A stretch of 64,000 bases of DNA from Candidatus Latescibacterota bacterium (GCA_965208835.1 OZ242358.1:448001-512000), one strand, 5' to 3'; positions 29,584 to 40,488 are shown, counted from the first letter of the stretch. Notes: generated by a model not told the origin, from the letters alone. Numbers and translations are program-made.

Positions 29584-29678
29584 CGTTATGCCCTCCCTCC
29601 GTTGAATGGTAGATTCGTTGTTGTTTCAGGGTAAGTCGCTGACGCGCCGAGGGAAACGTTTCTGTATGTCCGACTGGA

Positions 29679-31313
29679 TCAGAAGAGCGAGAACTCGATC
29701 TCCTTGGCCGTGATGAACTCCAGCAGCACCGGAACCCCCTCCTCCGTCTTCCTGATTCCCCGCTCGATTGCCGGGACGATATCGTCGGGCGATTCGACGC
29801 GCTCTCCGTAGCCTCCAAACGCTTTGGCCATGTCCGCGTAGTGCCCGGAAATATCCGTGCTGCGGTATTTTTCCGTGGACACCGGCATTATCGGCAACTC
29901 GATTGCCATGCTGAAATTGTTGAAGAGTACCGACAGGATCGGGATCCGCTCCCGTACGGCCGTCTCGAAGTCCATTCCCGTAAAGCCGATGGCGGCATCG
30001 CCCCACACGTTGATACACAGCTTTTCCGGGCAGGCGAGCTTGGCGCCCATCGCCAGGCCAAGCCCGTAACCGAGCTGTGTGGTTTTGCCCCAGCCGATGT
30101 AGGAAAGCGGCGTATGGGATTCCCAGAAGGGTGAGAGTTGATCACGGGGGCTGCCGGCGTCGTGGGTGATGATCGTATTGGGCACGTCCACGGTTTGCAT
30201 CAGGTCCCGGATCACCCGATACGGTGAGAGGGGCGCCTCGTTCAGCGTCAGCTTGGGCATCCACTGAGACAGCCATTCGCGCTTCACAGACGCAATTTCC
30301 TTCGCTACAGGATCCGCACGACCCCGCGTCTGTCCGTCCAGGCGCGCACGAACCTCCTCCGCCAGGGCCTCCAGGGTGAGATTCGCATCGCCCACCAGGG
30401 CGTGTTCGACTTCCACGTCCTTGTTGATATCCCCCGGGTCCAGCGTGGCGTGGATCACGCGCTTCCCCTCGGGCATGGCTACCCCGAAATTGGTGCGCGT
30501 AAAACTGCATCCGATCCCGAAGATTAGGTCCGCCTTCTGAAGAAAGTGGTGCACGGTTCCGGGAATGGACCTGCCGCCGGAACCCAGGGACAGTCTGTGG
30601 TTTTCCGGAAAAGCGCTTTTCCCGCCCAGGCTCGTGGTGACCGGCGCTTCGAGGAGTTCCGCCAGGTCCCGCAGGGCATCCCAGGCCTCGGCATAGTGCA
30701 CGCCCTGTCCGGCGTAGATAACGGGTCGCTCGGCTTCCAGGAGCACGATTGCCGCCTTCTCGACCTCGCGCGGGTCCGGACCGGTTTTCAACGATGGCAC
30801 GGGACGGTAGTCGAAAGGACCGGCAATCTCCTCGTCGAACACGTCGCCCGGAAACTCCACCAGCACCGGGCGCGGGCGTCCGTTGCGCACCTGCGTAAAT
30901 GCCCGCCGCATCACTTCAGGCACAGTTTCCGAGAGGATAACCTGCTCGGAGTGCTTGGTGACGTGCCGGTAATTCAGCGCCGAGTTGAAATTCGGCTGCA
31001 CATTGGTCAGCGTTCTATTATATCCCAGCGGCAGCACCAGGATGGGCGCCGAATCCCCGTACGCCTGCGCGACGCCGCCAAAAGCATTCTCCGACCCGGG
31101 GCCGCTCTGCATGCAGAAGACACCGATCTGCCTGCCCGACGTCATGCGGCTCAGCGCGTCGGCCATATGCAGGCCGATACGTTCCTGCCGGACGAGAATG
31201 GGCCGGATGTCCACCTTCGCCGCGGCCTCGATGAGAGGATTTACAGGATAGGCGAACAGGTACTCCACGCCCTCCGCCTTCATGATTTGGGCTACCACAT
31301 CTGATACGTTCAT
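29679..31313 (-). CDS. Thiamine-diphosphate-dependent enzyme (acetolactate synthase-like)
   Basis: RQERIGLHMADA, QSGPGSEN, WGDAAIG..FNN TPP motif. Confidence 0.9.
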   Translation of the reverse strand: MNVSDVVAQIMKAEGVEYLFAYPVNPLIEAAAKVDIRPILVRQERIGLHMADALSRMTSGRQIGVFCMQSGPGSENAFGGVAQAYGDSAPILVLPLGYNRTLTNVQPNFNSALNYRHVTKHSEQVILSETVPEVMRRAFTQVRNGRPRPVLVEFPGDVFDEEIAGPFDYRPVPSLKTGPDPREVEKAAIVLLEAERPVIYAGQGVHYAEAWDALRDLAELLEAPVTTSLGGKSAFPENHRLSLGSGGRSIPGTVHHFLQKADLIFGIGCSFTRTNFGVAMPEGKRVIHATLDPGDINKDVEVEHALVGDANLTLEALAEEVRARLDGQTRGRADPVAKEIASVKREWLSQWMPKLTLNEAPLSPYRVIRDLMQTVDVPNTIITHDAGSPRDQLSPFWESHTPLSYIGWGKTTQLGYGLGLAMGAKLACPEKLCINVWGDAAIGFTGMDFETAVRERIPILSVLFNNFSMAIELPIMPVSTEKYRSTDISGHYADMAKAFGGYGERVESPDDIVPAIERGIRKTEEGVPVLLEFITAKEIEFSLF

Positions 31314-31384
31314 GAATATCTCCTCACTGTTACGTTTTTTACGATAGAACCTGCACCGTTTATTCTCTATTGCTTAGAATCGGA

Positions 31385-31530
31385 TAGAGGGAAAAAGGAA
31401 GAAGGAAGAACGAAAAAGGAAGAGATCGCCTGCGTTGTAATGTTCCAACTCAGGCCGGAGGCAAAAAGGAGGACCCTGTAGGGCAAGGATTTCTTCTACC
31501 GTCTACCGTCTCACGTCTTCCCGCTCTTCC
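31385..31530. repeat. Heptamer-armed intergenic repeat, copy 2
   Basis: GAAGAGATCGCCTGC...GCCGGAGGCAA...GGCAAGGATTTCTTCTACCGTCTACCGTCTCACGTC. Confidence 0.6.
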
Positions 31531-31541
31531 GGAAACGAGTA

Positions 31542-32939
31542 TTATCGAATCTCTCCCCGAAACGCGTGAGCGCCATCCTCCCATTCCCCTCCGACCGGCC
31601 GCTGTTGGCCGCCGCCCGTGACGCCCCGCTCGCGTCCGTCCTTTTCGGGGTCCACGTAGGTCGCGAACCAGTCTTCCAACATTCCACTCATCTCCGCAAC
31701 CCGCGATGCATGAAGGGCTTCACCAATCCGATTCTCGCGTTCATCCGGATCGTTCACCAGGTCGAAGAGTTCGCTCGGCCCGTCCGGGTACCGGTGGATA
31801 TATTTCCATTCCGCGGTCCGGACCATTCTGGTGGGGCCGTATTCGTCGTAAATTATCACGGAATCCCGACCGGAGTTCCCGGAGCCAAGCAACGCGGGCA
31901 GGAAACTCTCGCCCGGCAGATTCCGTCCTACGGGAAGCGGCAGGTCCAGGTACTCAAGCAGCGTGGGCATGAAGTCATACGCGCTCACCATCGCGGGCTG
32001 CACGAGTCCTGCGGGGATTCGTCCCGGCTGGCTCATCACGGCCGGCACTTTGACGGAATTCTCGTACATGTTGAGGGGGCGCGTGCCGTTCCCCTTGCCC
32101 CAGAACCCGTGGTGACCGCAACTGAACCCGTTGTCGCTGACAAAGACCACCAGCGTCTGTTCGCGAATTCCGTGCGCTTCGAGCCTGTCCAGAATCCGCC
32201 CCACGTCCGCGTCCATCGCGGTCACCGCGGCGAAATACCCCTTCAGCATTTCCCGGTTGCCCAGGCATTGGTCCGTCAACCCGATGGCCCAGGGATGCCG
32301 GGCTTCCTGCGGGCAGGAATCGAACGCGCAATCGTCGTACGAATCCACGACCTCCTGCGGATGGCCTGTCCACGGGCTGTGCGGCGCCGTATAGTGCACG
32401 CTGAGGTAGAACGGGTCTTCATCGTTCGCGTGCCGGTCGATGAATGCCAGGGCGTCGTCCGTAATGACGTTGGTCACGTATCCCGGCGCATCGATCAGCC
32501 TGCCGTCGCGTACCATTGGCGCATCGTTGTATTTGCCGCCGCCCCGCTGGTGTACGAACCAGTGTGCGAACCCGTGCTGCGGTATCCGGCTGTTGCCGAG
32601 GTGCCATTTGCCGCTGATTCCGCACGTCCATCCGTGTTCCGCCAGCACATCTGTGTAGGTGACCTCTTCCGCCAGGTAGGATGCAGCGTCCTCCCCCACG
32701 TTTCCGCCGCTGATCCAATCGTGCACGCCGTGCTGCGAGGCGATGCGCCCGGTAAGAAACGTCGCGCGGCTGGGGGAACAGACGGGTGTGGCCACGAAGA
32801 AATTCTCGAACCGCACGCCAGCATTCGCGATCCGGTCTATATTGGGGGTACGGATCTCCGGATTTCCGTAGCATCCCGCCGCCCAGACCCCCTGGTCGTC
32901 CGTAAGAATAAACACGACGTTCGATCTGCCGGAAGCCAC
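31542..32939 (-). CDS. Cys-type (formylglycine) sulfatase
   Basis: NVVFILTDDQ, CSPSRATFLTG, GKWHLG, APHSPW, SDNG. GTG start chosen by RBS (32981 also possible). Confidence 0.92.
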   Translation of the reverse strand: MASGRSNVVFILTDDQGVWAAGCYGNPEIRTPNIDRIANAGVRFENFFVATPVCSPSRATFLTGRIASQHGVHDWISGGNVGEDAASYLAEEVTYTDVLAEHGWTCGISGKWHLGNSRIPQHGFAHWFVHQRGGGKYNDAPMVRDGRLIDAPGYVTNVITDDALAFIDRHANDEDPFYLSVHYTAPHSPWTGHPQEVVDSYDDCAFDSCPQEARHPWAIGLTDQCLGNREMLKGYFAAVTAMDADVGRILDRLEAHGIREQTLVVFVSDNGFSCGHHGFWGKGNGTRPLNMYENSVKVPAVMSQPGRIPAGLVQPAMVSAYDFMPTLLEYLDLPLPVGRNLPGESFLPALLGSGNSGRDSVIIYDEYGPTRMVRTAEWKYIHRYPDGPSELFDLVNDPDERENRIGEALHASRVAEMSGMLEDWFATYVDPEKDGRERGVTGGGQQRPVGGEWEDGAHAFRGEIR

Positions 32940-33176
32940 GATCCGCTCCCTCTTTTCAAAGACTCCAGCCCGCCGGGGCATCGCTTGAAATGCCGCAATT
33001 CATACGGAATATTCGATTCCGCAATCTAATGAGACTGCCCGGAAAAATCAACGCGAATGCCCTGCGACCCCCGCGTCATTTGTCCTTGCCTTCCATCGGT
33101 TAAGGGCGGTATTCTACAAAAGCGGGGAGACGGGAGTCGCGGTTGACGGAAGGTGTTCCGACCGCCGCCGAAGGCA

Positions 33177-33201
33177 GGGCGCCCACAAGGGACGCCCCTA
33201 C
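33177..33201 (-). repeat. Solo GTAG-family REP
   Basis: Reverse complement is GTAGGGGCGTCCCTTGTGGGCGCCC, the same family as the 40.3-46.0 kb REPs. Confidence 0.85.
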
Positions 33202-33288
33202 GAACCATTGACAAGGCCGGGAATCTACGTCGTAACGGTCGATGATCCTGTCGAGACTGAAGCACATGTATAAGCTGGGGAAATCGCC

Positions 33289-34197
33289 ATGGATATCACA
33301 TGTCTTAACCACTGCATGACGGACGAACAGCGGGAACATTTCGATCAGCAGGGCTTTCTGATCGTCGAAGATGCGCTGGATTCGGGAATGCTGGAAAGGC
33401 TCCTGGACGCCGGTGACCGCGTGGATGCGCGTGAACGGAAAACACAGGGCGTCGGAGCCGGTCAAATCATGAACAAATTTCGAAGCATCGTCGAAGATGC
33501 CGCGTTCCTGGATCTGCTGGACCTGCCAAAGACGTTTCCCCTAATCTGGGACATCCTGGGCTGGAACGTCCAGCACTACATTTCCCACCTGGTCTATTAC
33601 CCGCCGGAGCACCCGGACAGGGCAGATTCGAAAACGGGCGGTTGGCATCAGGACGGCGGCCGTCCCGTACCCGAGATGGAGCGCCCGCATCCCCGGCTGT
33701 CCCTGAAAGTCGCGTTCTGGCTGACTGACACGAGCGCACCGGACCGGGGCGGAATTCGCATTGTTCCGGGCAGCCACAAGCGCGACATCCCACCGGAACG
33801 CTGGCCTGAAGGCGGAAACGGGTCGCCCGGAGCGTCGGGGTTCGAAGACATGGTACAGGTCAGGGTAAAGGCCGGAACAGCGGTCCTCTTCGACAGGCGT
33901 CTGTGGCATTCGCGGGGGTTCAATACCTCCGATATCACGCGAAAAGTGTTGTTTCTGGGTTACAGCTACCGCTGGCTCAGAGGGTTGGACTACAACCTGA
34001 TTCCGGACGAAATCCTTGAGGGATGCGATCCGATTCGACGCCAGCTTCTGGGAGACGGGGTGGACGTCAAGGGATGGTGGCAGCCGACGGATGCCGACGT
34101 GCCGCTCAAGGGATGGCTACTGGAGCACAAGGGCGAGTCCTACGTGGAAAAGATCGGACAGAAGCAATGGGAACGGGAAAAATGGGCTGTGTCCTGA
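33289..34197 (+). CDS. Phytanoyl-CoA dioxygenase (PhyH) family Fe(II)/2OG oxygenase
   Basis: GWHQDG (HxD), IVPGSHK, LWHSR..N..R. Confidence 0.9.
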   Translation: MDITCLNHCMTDEQREHFDQQGFLIVEDALDSGMLERLLDAGDRVDARERKTQGVGAGQIMNKFRSIVEDAAFLDLLDLPKTFPLIWDILGWNVQHYISHLVYYPPEHPDRADSKTGGWHQDGGRPVPEMERPHPRLSLKVAFWLTDTSAPDRGGIRIVPGSHKRDIPPERWPEGGNGSPGASGFEDMVQVRVKAGTAVLFDRRLWHSRGFNTSDITRKVLFLGYSYRWLRGLDYNLIPDEILEGCDPIRRQLLGDGVDVKGWWQPTDADVPLKGWLLEHKGESYVEKIGQKQWEREKWAVS

Positions 34198-34228
34198 TTC
34201 CCGACCCGCATTTCAGGGAGGAAGAGCA

Positions 34229-35998
34229 ATGGACCAGGAATCCATGAGCCACGAAGAGAATTACTGCTTCGACGTTGGAGGTTACCTCGTTGTCAGGGGT
34301 GTCCTCGGAAGGGGCGAGGTTGCCGCCCTGAATTCGGCGATCGATACCAGCGGGAGGAATGAGGGCATGCTGGGTTGGCCGCATCCGTTGCGCGAGCCCT
34401 TTCGCGACCTTCTCGTCCACCCGCACCTCGTTTGGTACCTGAACCAGATTGTCGGGCAGGGCTTCCGCCTGGAAACCGAACCGGAGCTGCTTTGCGACGA
34501 CACCTGCGAAACGAATGCGCCCCTTCAGGGTGGCAACGAACCGCGCGATCCAACCCGGGCGTACTACTACCAGAACGGACGCCGCTTCAGTGAAACGGTC
34601 CGGGCGGTGTGGGCCCTTGCGGACGCGGAAGCGGGCGCGGGCGGCTTTGTCATGGTGCCCTGCTCTCACAAATCCAATGTGGAGACCCCGGACGACGTGC
34701 TTACCGGCAATGACGATATGGGTGTCACGCTGCAGCCCGCGCTGGAGGCGGGCGACCTGCTTCTGGTCGCAGGCGCCCTGCTGCAGGGCATGCGACCATG
34801 GAAGGGGGCAGGACCGCAGCGCCTTCTGTCGTATGACTTCGCGGGCCGGGGCGCCATCCGCTGTGCGGGGACAGGTCCGAAAACCAGAGAAGCCCCCACG
34901 CCTGAATGGATGTCCGCCATTTCACCCGAGCAGAGGGCATCGATCTGGCGGCCCGGCTACCGGAGCACGTCGCCGCCGCCAACGGTCCGCACGGACGGAA
35001 AGACGGCGCGCCTCGACGAATCCCGGGAAATCTACCATCCGTCCATCTATATCAGAAATCCCGATTCCCGCATCGACGAGAAGGAGTTCTATTTCTGGGA
35101 CCTCTGCGGTCATCTCGTCCTCCGGAACGTGATGGACGAAGCGTGGCTGGAACAGGCCAACGCCGCAATCGACCGGTTCGACGACAGGATCGAGGTGGGC
35201 GGCGAGCTCTCCCGCGGATCGAAGGCGCTGGCCGGAACCGGCCGGCCGCTGCTGCCCAACCTGCTGCGCCTTCCGGAACCCTATTGCAATCCCTTCCGGC
35301 GCATGGTCGCGCACCCCGTTGTGGAGCACCGTCTCAACTGGATGGGCGCCAGTGGCGTACGGTTTGGCGACGCCACCGCCTTCTGTTCCGTGAAGGGCGG
35401 TTCCGGCCACTCCCTGCACGATGCGAACGAACCGCTCAATCCCGGGCGCGGCTATGTCTACCAGAACGGCCGCAGCTATTGCGAGGCCGTGACGGTGAGT
35501 TGGCAGCTGCGGGACGTGCCCGCGGGACTGGGCGGATTCGCATGCGTGCCCGGAAGCCATAAAGCCCAGTACCGCGTGCCGCCGGGGGTGCGGTCGTGCG
35601 ACGACGACATGGGGCTGGTCGTGCAGCCCGAAATGAAGGCCGGCGACGTGCTCTTCTTTATGGACGGGGGTCAGACGCACGGCGCCCTGGCGTGGAAGAA
35701 CGAGATCGCCCGCCGTGCGATCCTGATCAAATATTCCTCCCGCAACTTCAACCGCAGCGGCGGCGAGATGGTGCACCCGGAGAACCGGTGGGGTGAGCTC
35801 GTTGACGAGATGACCGACGCGCAGTTGGCGGTCATGCGCGGACCGGACCGGGATGTCTTCAACCAGAACGTCCCCCGGCTGGAAGTCAGCGACGGGCAGG
35901 TTTCGGTGTCGTACGAGCGGGGCGGCGCCCTGTACAGCAAGGATGCCCCAACCGGGCCGCTCGCCTCGAAAGACAGCAGCACATCCAAACAGCGTTAG
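34229..35998 (+). CDS. Tandem two-domain PhyH-family protein
   Basis: Two homologous halves (FDVGGYLVVR../WDLCGHLVLR..; VPCSHK/VPGSHK); start at MDQESMS behind GGAGG. Confidence 0.85.
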   Translation: MDQESMSHEENYCFDVGGYLVVRGVLGRGEVAALNSAIDTSGRNEGMLGWPHPLREPFRDLLVHPHLVWYLNQIVGQGFRLETEPELLCDDTCETNAPLQGGNEPRDPTRAYYYQNGRRFSETVRAVWALADAEAGAGGFVMVPCSHKSNVETPDDVLTGNDDMGVTLQPALEAGDLLLVAGALLQGMRPWKGAGPQRLLSYDFAGRGAIRCAGTGPKTREAPTPEWMSAISPEQRASIWRPGYRSTSPPPTVRTDGKTARLDESREIYHPSIYIRNPDSRIDEKEFYFWDLCGHLVLRNVMDEAWLEQANAAIDRFDDRIEVGGELSRGSKALAGTGRPLLPNLLRLPEPYCNPFRRMVAHPVVEHRLNWMGASGVRFGDATAFCSVKGGSGHSLHDANEPLNPGRGYVYQNGRSYCEAVTVSWQLRDVPAGLGGFACVPGSHKAQYRVPPGVRSCDDDMGLVVQPEMKAGDVLFFMDGGQTHGALAWKNEIARRAILIKYSSRNFNRSGGEMVHPENRWGELVDEMTDAQLAVMRGPDRDVFNQNVPRLEVSDGQVSVSYERGGALYSKDAPTGPLASKDSSTSKQR

Positions 35999-36082
35999 CA
36001 GCCCGTTGAAGAAGCCCATCCGGGCCGGGACACCAAGCCTCGTCTTCAGAGCGACTCTTCCAACGGACTGTTAGGGGAACTG

Positions 36083-36760
36083 ATGCCGACAGACGTCACC
36101 ACCATATTCTTCGATGGCTACGAGACGCTGTTCGCTGGCGCTATGGACAAACTGCATGCGATGTGCGGCCGCATCGTCCGTGAGCAGAAACTCGGCATGT
36201 CCGCAATGGATTTCTTCAACACGTGGGACCTGTCGTTTTTTCCGCTCCTCAGGGGCGAGACGTTTTACACGATGCGGCAGGCGCATCTCATCAGCCTCGA
36301 GCTGACGCTTGAGAAACTGGACAAACGCGTCTCCTTCGAACATTACGTCGACGGCCTGTTCGAGGTTTTCGCCGACGCGCCTCTCTACGAAGATGTCAAG
36401 CCCGCGGTGGCCGGGCTCGAGTCCTTTCGGACAGGCGTGATATCCAACGCGGACGAGGACCATCTGAACATCGCGCTCCGGAAAAACAACCTGTCATTTC
36501 CGGTGGTCGTCAGCTCGGAATCCGCCCGCGCGTACAAACCGGCGCCGGAGATCTTCCATGAAGGCCTGCGCCTGATCGGCAGCCGCCCGGATGAGACCCT
36601 CTACGTGGGGGATTCCCAGGACGACGACATCGTCGGCGCGCGGCGGGCGGGCATCAGGGTCGCCTGGCTGAACCGCAAGGGCGAGACGCTCAAGCCGAAC
36701 GTCCCGCAGCCGGACTACGAGATATCCAGCCTCCGGGAGGTTGCCGGACTGGCGTCATAG
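36083..36760 (+). CDS. HAD-family hydrolase
   Basis: FFDGYETL, ISNAD, YKPAPEIF, YVGDSQDDDIVGA. Confidence 0.9.
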   Translation: MPTDVTTIFFDGYETLFAGAMDKLHAMCGRIVREQKLGMSAMDFFNTWDLSFFPLLRGETFYTMRQAHLISLELTLEKLDKRVSFEHYVDGLFEVFADAPLYEDVKPAVAGLESFRTGVISNADEDHLNIALRKNNLSFPVVVSSESARAYKPAPEIFHEGLRLIGSRPDETLYVGDSQDDDIVGARRAGIRVAWLNRKGETLKPNVPQPDYEISSLREVAGLAS

Positions 36761-36893
36761 TTCAAGTCCTCCCGCAACCGATTCCGGACTCTTCCGGTAC
36801 CGGACCAGCCGTCGACCGAACAAAAAATAGCCCGCAACGCATCTCCTGAGGAGGTGCATCGCAGGCTGAGAGGTATCGATACCTGGAGGCGCG

Positions 36894-37529
36894 CTATTTG
36901 TTCGGTTGCGGGGTGTACCTCAGGTAGGGTTTGATGGTTGTAAACCCCTTGGGGAATTTCTCGGTCGCCTCATCGTCAGTCACTGCCGGAACAATGATGC
37001 AGTCCTCGCCGTCCTCCCAGTTGACGGGCGTTGCCACCTGGTGGTAGGCCGTCAACTGCAGCGAATCGATCACCCGCAGGATCTCGGCGAAATTCCGCCC
37101 GGTAGAAGCCGGATAGGTCAATGTCAGCTTGACCTTCTTGTCCGGCCCGATCACGAACACGGACCTGACCGTGGCCTTGTCGTCCTCGTTCGGGTGAATC
37201 ATATCGTACATGCTGGCCACCGATTTGTCCGGGTCCGCAATCAGCGGGAAGTTCATCGTGGTATTCTGGGTCTCGTTGATGTCGCTGACCCAGCCGTGAT
37301 GAGAGTCCAGCGGGTCCACGCTCACCCCGATTACCTTTACATTCCGCTTTTCAAACTCCGCCTTCAACTTGGCAACCGCGCCCAGTTCGGTGGTACAGAC
37401 CGGCGTATAATCGGCGGGATGAGAGAACAGGATACCCCAGCCGTCTCCAAGCCATTCGTGAAAGCGGACCGTGCCCTCGGTCGTCTCGGCCGTAAAATCG
37501 GGTGCGTCGTCCCCCAGTCGCAACGGCAT
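36894..37529 (-). CDS. 1-Cys peroxiredoxin (Prx6)
   Basis: FSHPADYTPVCTTE, YPASTGRNF..LRYTPQP. Confidence 0.95.
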   Translation of the reverse strand: MPLRLGDDAPDFTAETTEGTVRFHEWLGDGWGILFSHPADYTPVCTTELGAVAKLKAEFEKRNVKVIGVSVDPLDSHHGWVSDINETQNTTMNFPLIADPDKSVASMYDMIHPNEDDKATVRSVFVIGPDKKVKLTLTYPASTGRNFAEILRVIDSLQLTAYHQVATPVNWEDGEDCIIVPAVTDDEATEKFPKGFTTIKPYLRYTPQPNK

Positions 37530-37757
37530 AGCAGACCTCCTTATATTTGTGAAACTTCGGGACGCTCCGGTTTACCGGGCGTTTTCGGGTAACCGAAACC
37601 CTTCCAACGCTTTTGCGAATACTGAGACCGGTACCGGACAGGATAATAAAGAAAGGAACTGGAATATCGATGTCAAGGGATTTATCGAAAACAGGCGCAT
37701 CATTTGTCTGGCAGTGTTCGGACGGCGCCGATGCCTGAAGTAAAGAAAGAGGCCGCC

Positions 37758-40208
37758 ATGCAATCCCATGCGCGCCTGGTTGTGATCGGCGCCGGCATCG
37801 TTGGCTGCAGCGCGGTCTACCATCTTACGCGAATGGGCTGGAAGGACATTGCGGTCCTGGACCAGGGGCCGCTGTTCGATACCGGCGGCTCGACGTCCCA
37901 CGCGCCGGGGCTGGTCTTCCAGACCAACTTTTCAAAGATGATGACCGGCCTGTCGGGAAAGACCGTTTCGTTGTACAACTCCCTGGACCTGGACGGGGAT
38001 CCCTGTTTTTATCCTGTCGGGAGCTTCGAAGTCGCTTACACCCCCGAACGCTTGGTAGACCTGAAACGCAAACTGGGCGCCGCCAGATCCTGGGAGCTGG
38101 AAGCCCATCTCATGTCGCCTGAAGAGGCCGGATCCAGGCTCCCTCTGCTCGATGCGGATCGGATTCATGGCGCGTACTATGTTCCCTCCGACGGCATCGC
38201 CAAAGCCGTACGCGCCTGCGAGGCAATGGCGCGCGCGTCGGAACCCGGCGCCGCGTTTCACGGTAAAACCACAGTCACCGGTATCGAGGTCGCCAACGGC
38301 ACGGTGAGGGGGGTAAATACCGACCGGGGCCGCATTGCCGCGGACCACGTGTTGATCTGCGCGGGAATCTGGGGCCCTCGCATCGGCCGCATGGCGGGCA
38401 TTTCCATTCCGCTCACCCCTGTGCAGCATCTCTACGCCCTCACCGCGCCGCTGCCGGAACTGGCGGGAGAAACCCGCGAAGTCGTCCATCCCATCCTGCG
38501 CCACCAGGACTCCGCCATGTATTTCCGGCAGCATGGCGACCGGTATGGCATCGGGTCCTACAGACACGAGCCGCTTCTGGTGCGTCCGGACGACCTGGTC
38601 AGCCCGGATGAAGCCAGGCTTTCACCCTCCATCATGGAGTTCACCCCGGAGCACTTCGCGGCGGCTCGCGAAGCGGCGGACGAACTCCTTCCCGCCCTCC
38701 GGAACGCTATGTTCGACTACCGGATCAACGGTCTCTTCTCCTTCACGCCGGATGGGCTGCCCCTTCTCGGAGAGTCCGTTGACGTTCGCGGTCTCTGGGT
38801 TGCGGAGGCCGTGTGGATCACGCATGGCGGCGGCGTCGGGCAGGCCGTTGCGGAATGGATGGATTCCGGCGCGTCCGAAATCGATCTGGGTGACGCCGAC
38901 CTGAACCGCTTCGGTCCGCACGTCCACACCCGGGAATATGTCGAAGCCCGGGGGGCGCAGCAGTACCGCGAGGTGTATGATATCATCCACCCGCTGGAAC
39001 AGATGGACCATCCGCGCGGCCTGCGTGTGAGCCCGTTTCATCCGCGGCTTGAGAAACTCGACGCGGTGTTCTTCGAAAACGCCGGATGGGAGCGCCCGCA
39101 GTGGTTTGGCGCCAATGGCGTCCTGGTGGACGTGGAAGACGACCTGCCATCGCGCGCCGGGTGGGAGGCGCGGTACTGGTCTCCCATCCAGGGTGCGGAA
39201 CACCGGGCCACGAGGCGCGGCGCGGGGCTGTGCGACATCACCCCGTTCACGAAGATCGAAATCGCCGGCGCGGGCGCCATGGATTTTCTGCAGCGCATCG
39301 CCGCCAACCGGATCGACCGGCCGGTTGGAACGGTGATCTATACGGCGCTGCTCAACGCGAGGGGCGGCATTGTCGCCGACCTGACCGTCACCCGCGTGGC
39401 CGCGGACCGGTTCCTGGTTCTCACCGGCGCCGCGTCGGGGATTCGGGATCTGGCGTGGATTTTCCGCCACGCCCGGGATGAACGCGCCGTTCACGTCGCG
39501 GACGTGACCTCCGCCCGTTGCGGCGTGGGCCTCTGGGGGCCCGAAGCCCGAAGGATTCTCCAGCGGGTCTGCGGTGACGATCTGACGAACCGAGCGTTCC
39601 CCTATTTTTCAGCGCGGGAGATCCGGATCGGCGCCGTTCCCGCCCTCGCGCTGCGGCTGTCCTACGTGGGAGAACTGGGTTGGGAGCTCTACGCCCCGGC
39701 TGAATTCGGGCTCCGCCTGTGGGACACGCTCTGGGAGGCCGGCGGCGACCACGGGCTCGTCGCGCTGGGCGGCGGGGCATTCGACTCGCTCCGCCTTGAA
39801 AAGGGATACCGGCTGTGGGGCGCGGATATCCACACGGAGTACAACCCGTATGAAGCCGGCCTCGGATGGGCGGTCAGACTCGATAAGGGCGACTTCACGG
39901 GGCGGGACGCCCTGCTGAGAATCCGGGAAGAGGGAATCCAACGGAAGCTCTGCTGCCTTACCCTGGACGATCCGGAAGCGGTTGTGATGGGCAAGGAACC
40001 CATACTGGACGGCAGCCGCGTTCTCGGGTACGTCACCAGCGCCAATCACGGTTACACCGTCGGCCGATTCATCGCCTATGGCTACCTGCCGCTGGAATAC
40101 GCGCAGCCTGGCACATCCGTGGAAATCGAATACTTCGGCGAACGCAATCCGGCCACGGTCTCGCGCGAACCGCTCTACGACCCCCGCGGGGTGAAAATGA
40201 AATCGTGA
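37758..40208 (+). CDS. Dimethylglycine oxidase/dehydrogenase-type FAD oxidoreductase with GcvT domain
   Basis: VVIGAGIVG, GSTSHAPGL, FSFTPDG, AVWITH, SYVGELGWE, SLRLEKGY. Confidence 0.9.
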   Translation: MQSHARLVVIGAGIVGCSAVYHLTRMGWKDIAVLDQGPLFDTGGSTSHAPGLVFQTNFSKMMTGLSGKTVSLYNSLDLDGDPCFYPVGSFEVAYTPERLVDLKRKLGAARSWELEAHLMSPEEAGSRLPLLDADRIHGAYYVPSDGIAKAVRACEAMARASEPGAAFHGKTTVTGIEVANGTVRGVNTDRGRIAADHVLICAGIWGPRIGRMAGISIPLTPVQHLYALTAPLPELAGETREVVHPILRHQDSAMYFRQHGDRYGIGSYRHEPLLVRPDDLVSPDEARLSPSIMEFTPEHFAAAREAADELLPALRNAMFDYRINGLFSFTPDGLPLLGESVDVRGLWVAEAVWITHGGGVGQAVAEWMDSGASEIDLGDADLNRFGPHVHTREYVEARGAQQYREVYDIIHPLEQMDHPRGLRVSPFHPRLEKLDAVFFENAGWERPQWFGANGVLVDVEDDLPSRAGWEARYWSPIQGAEHRATRRGAGLCDITPFTKIEIAGAGAMDFLQRIAANRIDRPVGTVIYTALLNARGGIVADLTVTRVAADRFLVLTGAASGIRDLAWIFRHARDERAVHVADVTSARCGVGLWGPEARRILQRVCGDDLTNRAFPYFSAREIRIGAVPALALRLSYVGELGWELYAPAEFGLRLWDTLWEAGGDHGLVALGGGAFDSLRLEKGYRLWGADIHTEYNPYEAGLGWAVRLDKGDFTGRDALLRIREEGIQRKLCCLTLDDPEAVVMGKEPILDGSRVLGYVTSANHGYTVGRFIAYGYLPLEYAQPGTSVEIEYFGERNPATVSREPLYDPRGVKMKS

Positions 40209-40302
40209 CGGGCTAAACCGGGTGTGCGGGAATAAGGGTACCCGCGAGGGGTGCACGGCGTTACCGAGGCGGGGATCTGTTGTGCCATCGACAGAGAACC
40301 CA

Positions 40303-40488
40303 GGGCACCCACAAGGGGTGCCCCTACGACGTCGTGGTCGGTCGTGGGGGATTGCGTTGGAGAGGTACAGACGAATTCGGGGAACACGTCGAATGGAATC
40401 TTGTACGTTGAATTGAGGACATATGTTGCGATGTCTGACCACCTGGGTGGGATTGTTCCAGGTGTAAGGGCGCCCCTTGTGGGCGCTC
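40303..40488 (+). repeat. Junction J1: REP(-) 40303-27 / 136 nt / REP(+) 40464-88
   Basis: GGGCACCCACAAGGGGTGCCCCTAC ... GTAAGGGCGCCCCTTGTGGGCGCTC. Confidence 0.9.

Noticed and set aside
31566-33029. Long antisense or alternate-frame ORFs (also 11439-13073, 11804-13321, 53510-54772, 57792-59996, 61083-62366)
   Set aside because: They shadow well-supported genes in GC-rich DNA and have Arg/Pro/His-biased, motif-free translations.
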